The position numbers and the translations under genes were made by a program. Below are positions 62,979 to 64,000 of a DNA stretch of 64,000 bases, piece by piece (positions within the stretch are counted from its first letter, which is position 1; each line of letters begins with the position of its first letter). This stretch comes from an uncultured Pelagibacteraceae bacterium (GTDB taxonomy: Bacteria > Pseudomonadota > Alphaproteobacteria > Pelagibacterales > Pelagibacteraceae): positions 16,553-80,552 of the forward strand of contig CACPBH010000001.1 in assembly GCA_902632145.1 (NCBI GenBank). The letters run 5' to 3'. The notes beneath the pieces were generated by a model, which had not been told where the DNA came from, ran no database searches, and saw only the letters and a program-made list of their open reading frames with translations.

Positions 62979-63817
62979 TTATTGATGGAAAAAAAGAAGC
63001 AGAGATTATTAGAAATGAAATTAAAAAAGAAATTTCAGATTTAAAGAAAAAGAGTGGCAAAACACCCAGTCTTACAGTTATCTTGATAGGAGATTTTGCG
63101 CCCAGTTTAATATACGTGAAGAATAAAGAAAAAAGCGCTAAAGAAGTTGGTATAAACTCTGAAATAATTAGATATCCAAAAAATGTGGGTGAAAAAGACA
63201 TTTTAGAAAAAATTAAAGAACTAAATAAAAACGATGAAATTTCTGGTATCTTAGTTCAGCTTCCTTTGCCCAGCCAGATAAGTAAGGAGAAAATAATTAA
63301 TGCAATTAATCCTTCAAAAGATGTAGACGGTTTTAATCCAATAAATGTTGGCAATCTCTCATCAGGTTATGACTCAATCGTTCCTTGCACACCTTTAGGA
63401 TGTCTTTTGTTGATTAAAAAAATAGAGTCAAATTTAGCAGGCAAACATGCTGTTATAATAGGAAGATCTAATTTAAATGGTAAACCAATGGCTCAATTAT
63501 TATTAAAAGAAAATTGCACCGTAACTATAGTACATTCAAAAACAAATAATTTACAAAATGAGTGTCTCAAAGCAGACATTTTGGTAGCGGCCGTAGGAGT
63601 TCCTAATTTGATCAAAAAAAATTGGGTAAAAAAAAATGCGATCGTGATAGATGTAGGTATAAATAAAGTAGGAGAAAAAATAGTAGGAGATGTAAACTTT
63701 GACGAATTAAAAGATAATGTTAGAGCAATAACTCCTGTTCCTGGGGGTGTAGGACCAATGACAATTGCATGTTTATTAAAGAATACTTTAACGTGTTTTA
63801 AAGCTCGCTTGATCTAG
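62975..63817 (+). CDS. folD: Methylenetetrahydrofolate dehydrogenase/cyclohydrolase
   Basis: IIDGK, GILVQLPLP, KDVDG, PCTP, TPVPGGVGPMT. Confidence 0.97.
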   Translation: MIIDGKKEAEIIRNEIKKEISDLKKKSGKTPSLTVILIGDFAPSLIYVKNKEKSAKEVGINSEIIRYPKNVGEKDILEKIKELNKNDEISGILVQLPLPSQISKEKIINAINPSKDVDGFNPINVGNLSSGYDSIVPCTPLGCLLLIKKIESNLAGKHAVIIGRSNLNGKPMAQLLLKENCTVTIVHSKTNNLQNECLKADILVAAVGVPNLIKKNWVKKNAIVIDVGINKVGEKIVGDVNFDELKDNVRAITPVPGGVGPMTIACLLKNTLTCFKARLI

Positions 63818-64000
63818 ATTTTTCAATTTTTAAGTACCTACTATTTCTAAATCTTATAATAACTGTAGCAATCGCAACTATTAAAATAGCTAAAGAAATA
63901 TAAATCAGGTTGGCAGGGTCACTTTCTTTATCTTGTAATATTATGAACCGTGCCAGCGCTGTAATAGCTATGATTAAAGGATAAGTTATTCTTACGGATT
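63798..64000 (-). CDS. PsiE-like membrane protein, C-terminal part (runs off window end)
   Basis: Manual translation SVRITYPLIIAITALARFIILQDKESDPANLIYISLAILIVAIATVIIRFRNSRYLKIEKSRSSEL*; the P-L-x-I-A-I-T-A-L-x-R pattern resembles PsiE. Confidence 0.65.
   Translation of the reverse strand, partial: SVRITYPLIIAITALARFIILQDKESDPANLIYISLAILIVAIATVIIRFRNSRYLKIEKSRSSEL

Overview
AT-rich, densely packed alphaproteobacterial core chromosome. Gene content, synteny and minimal intergenic spacers point to Candidatus Pelagibacter (SAR11). The window spans the replication origin region (ppsR-like/hemE intergenic) and parABS. It also holds grpE-dnaK-dnaJ, hslVU, his genes, heme genes (hemE-hemH-hemG, hemC-hemD), leuS, ftsK, rho, purH, an acetate-type uptake/activation cluster (actP-like, DUF4212, acs) and one tRNA-Gly. 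I see no prophage, IS, CRISPR or defence island. Most notable: (1) an inferred 19.2-kb oriC-containing inversion bounded by a perfect 12-bp inverted repeat whose recombination would fuse Rho in frame to MnmE; (2) an unannotated 40-aa ArfA-like ribosome-rescue ORF; (3) a structured leader upstream of DUF4212-actP with a CCCC loop complementary to the SD sequence (riboswitch-like candidate); (4) a histone-like Lys/Arg tail on Acs; (5) a recurring TAnnnT-N6-ATG leaderless signature and head-to-head genes with no spacer; (6) parS sites inside rsmG; (7) HemG at the usual HemJ position.
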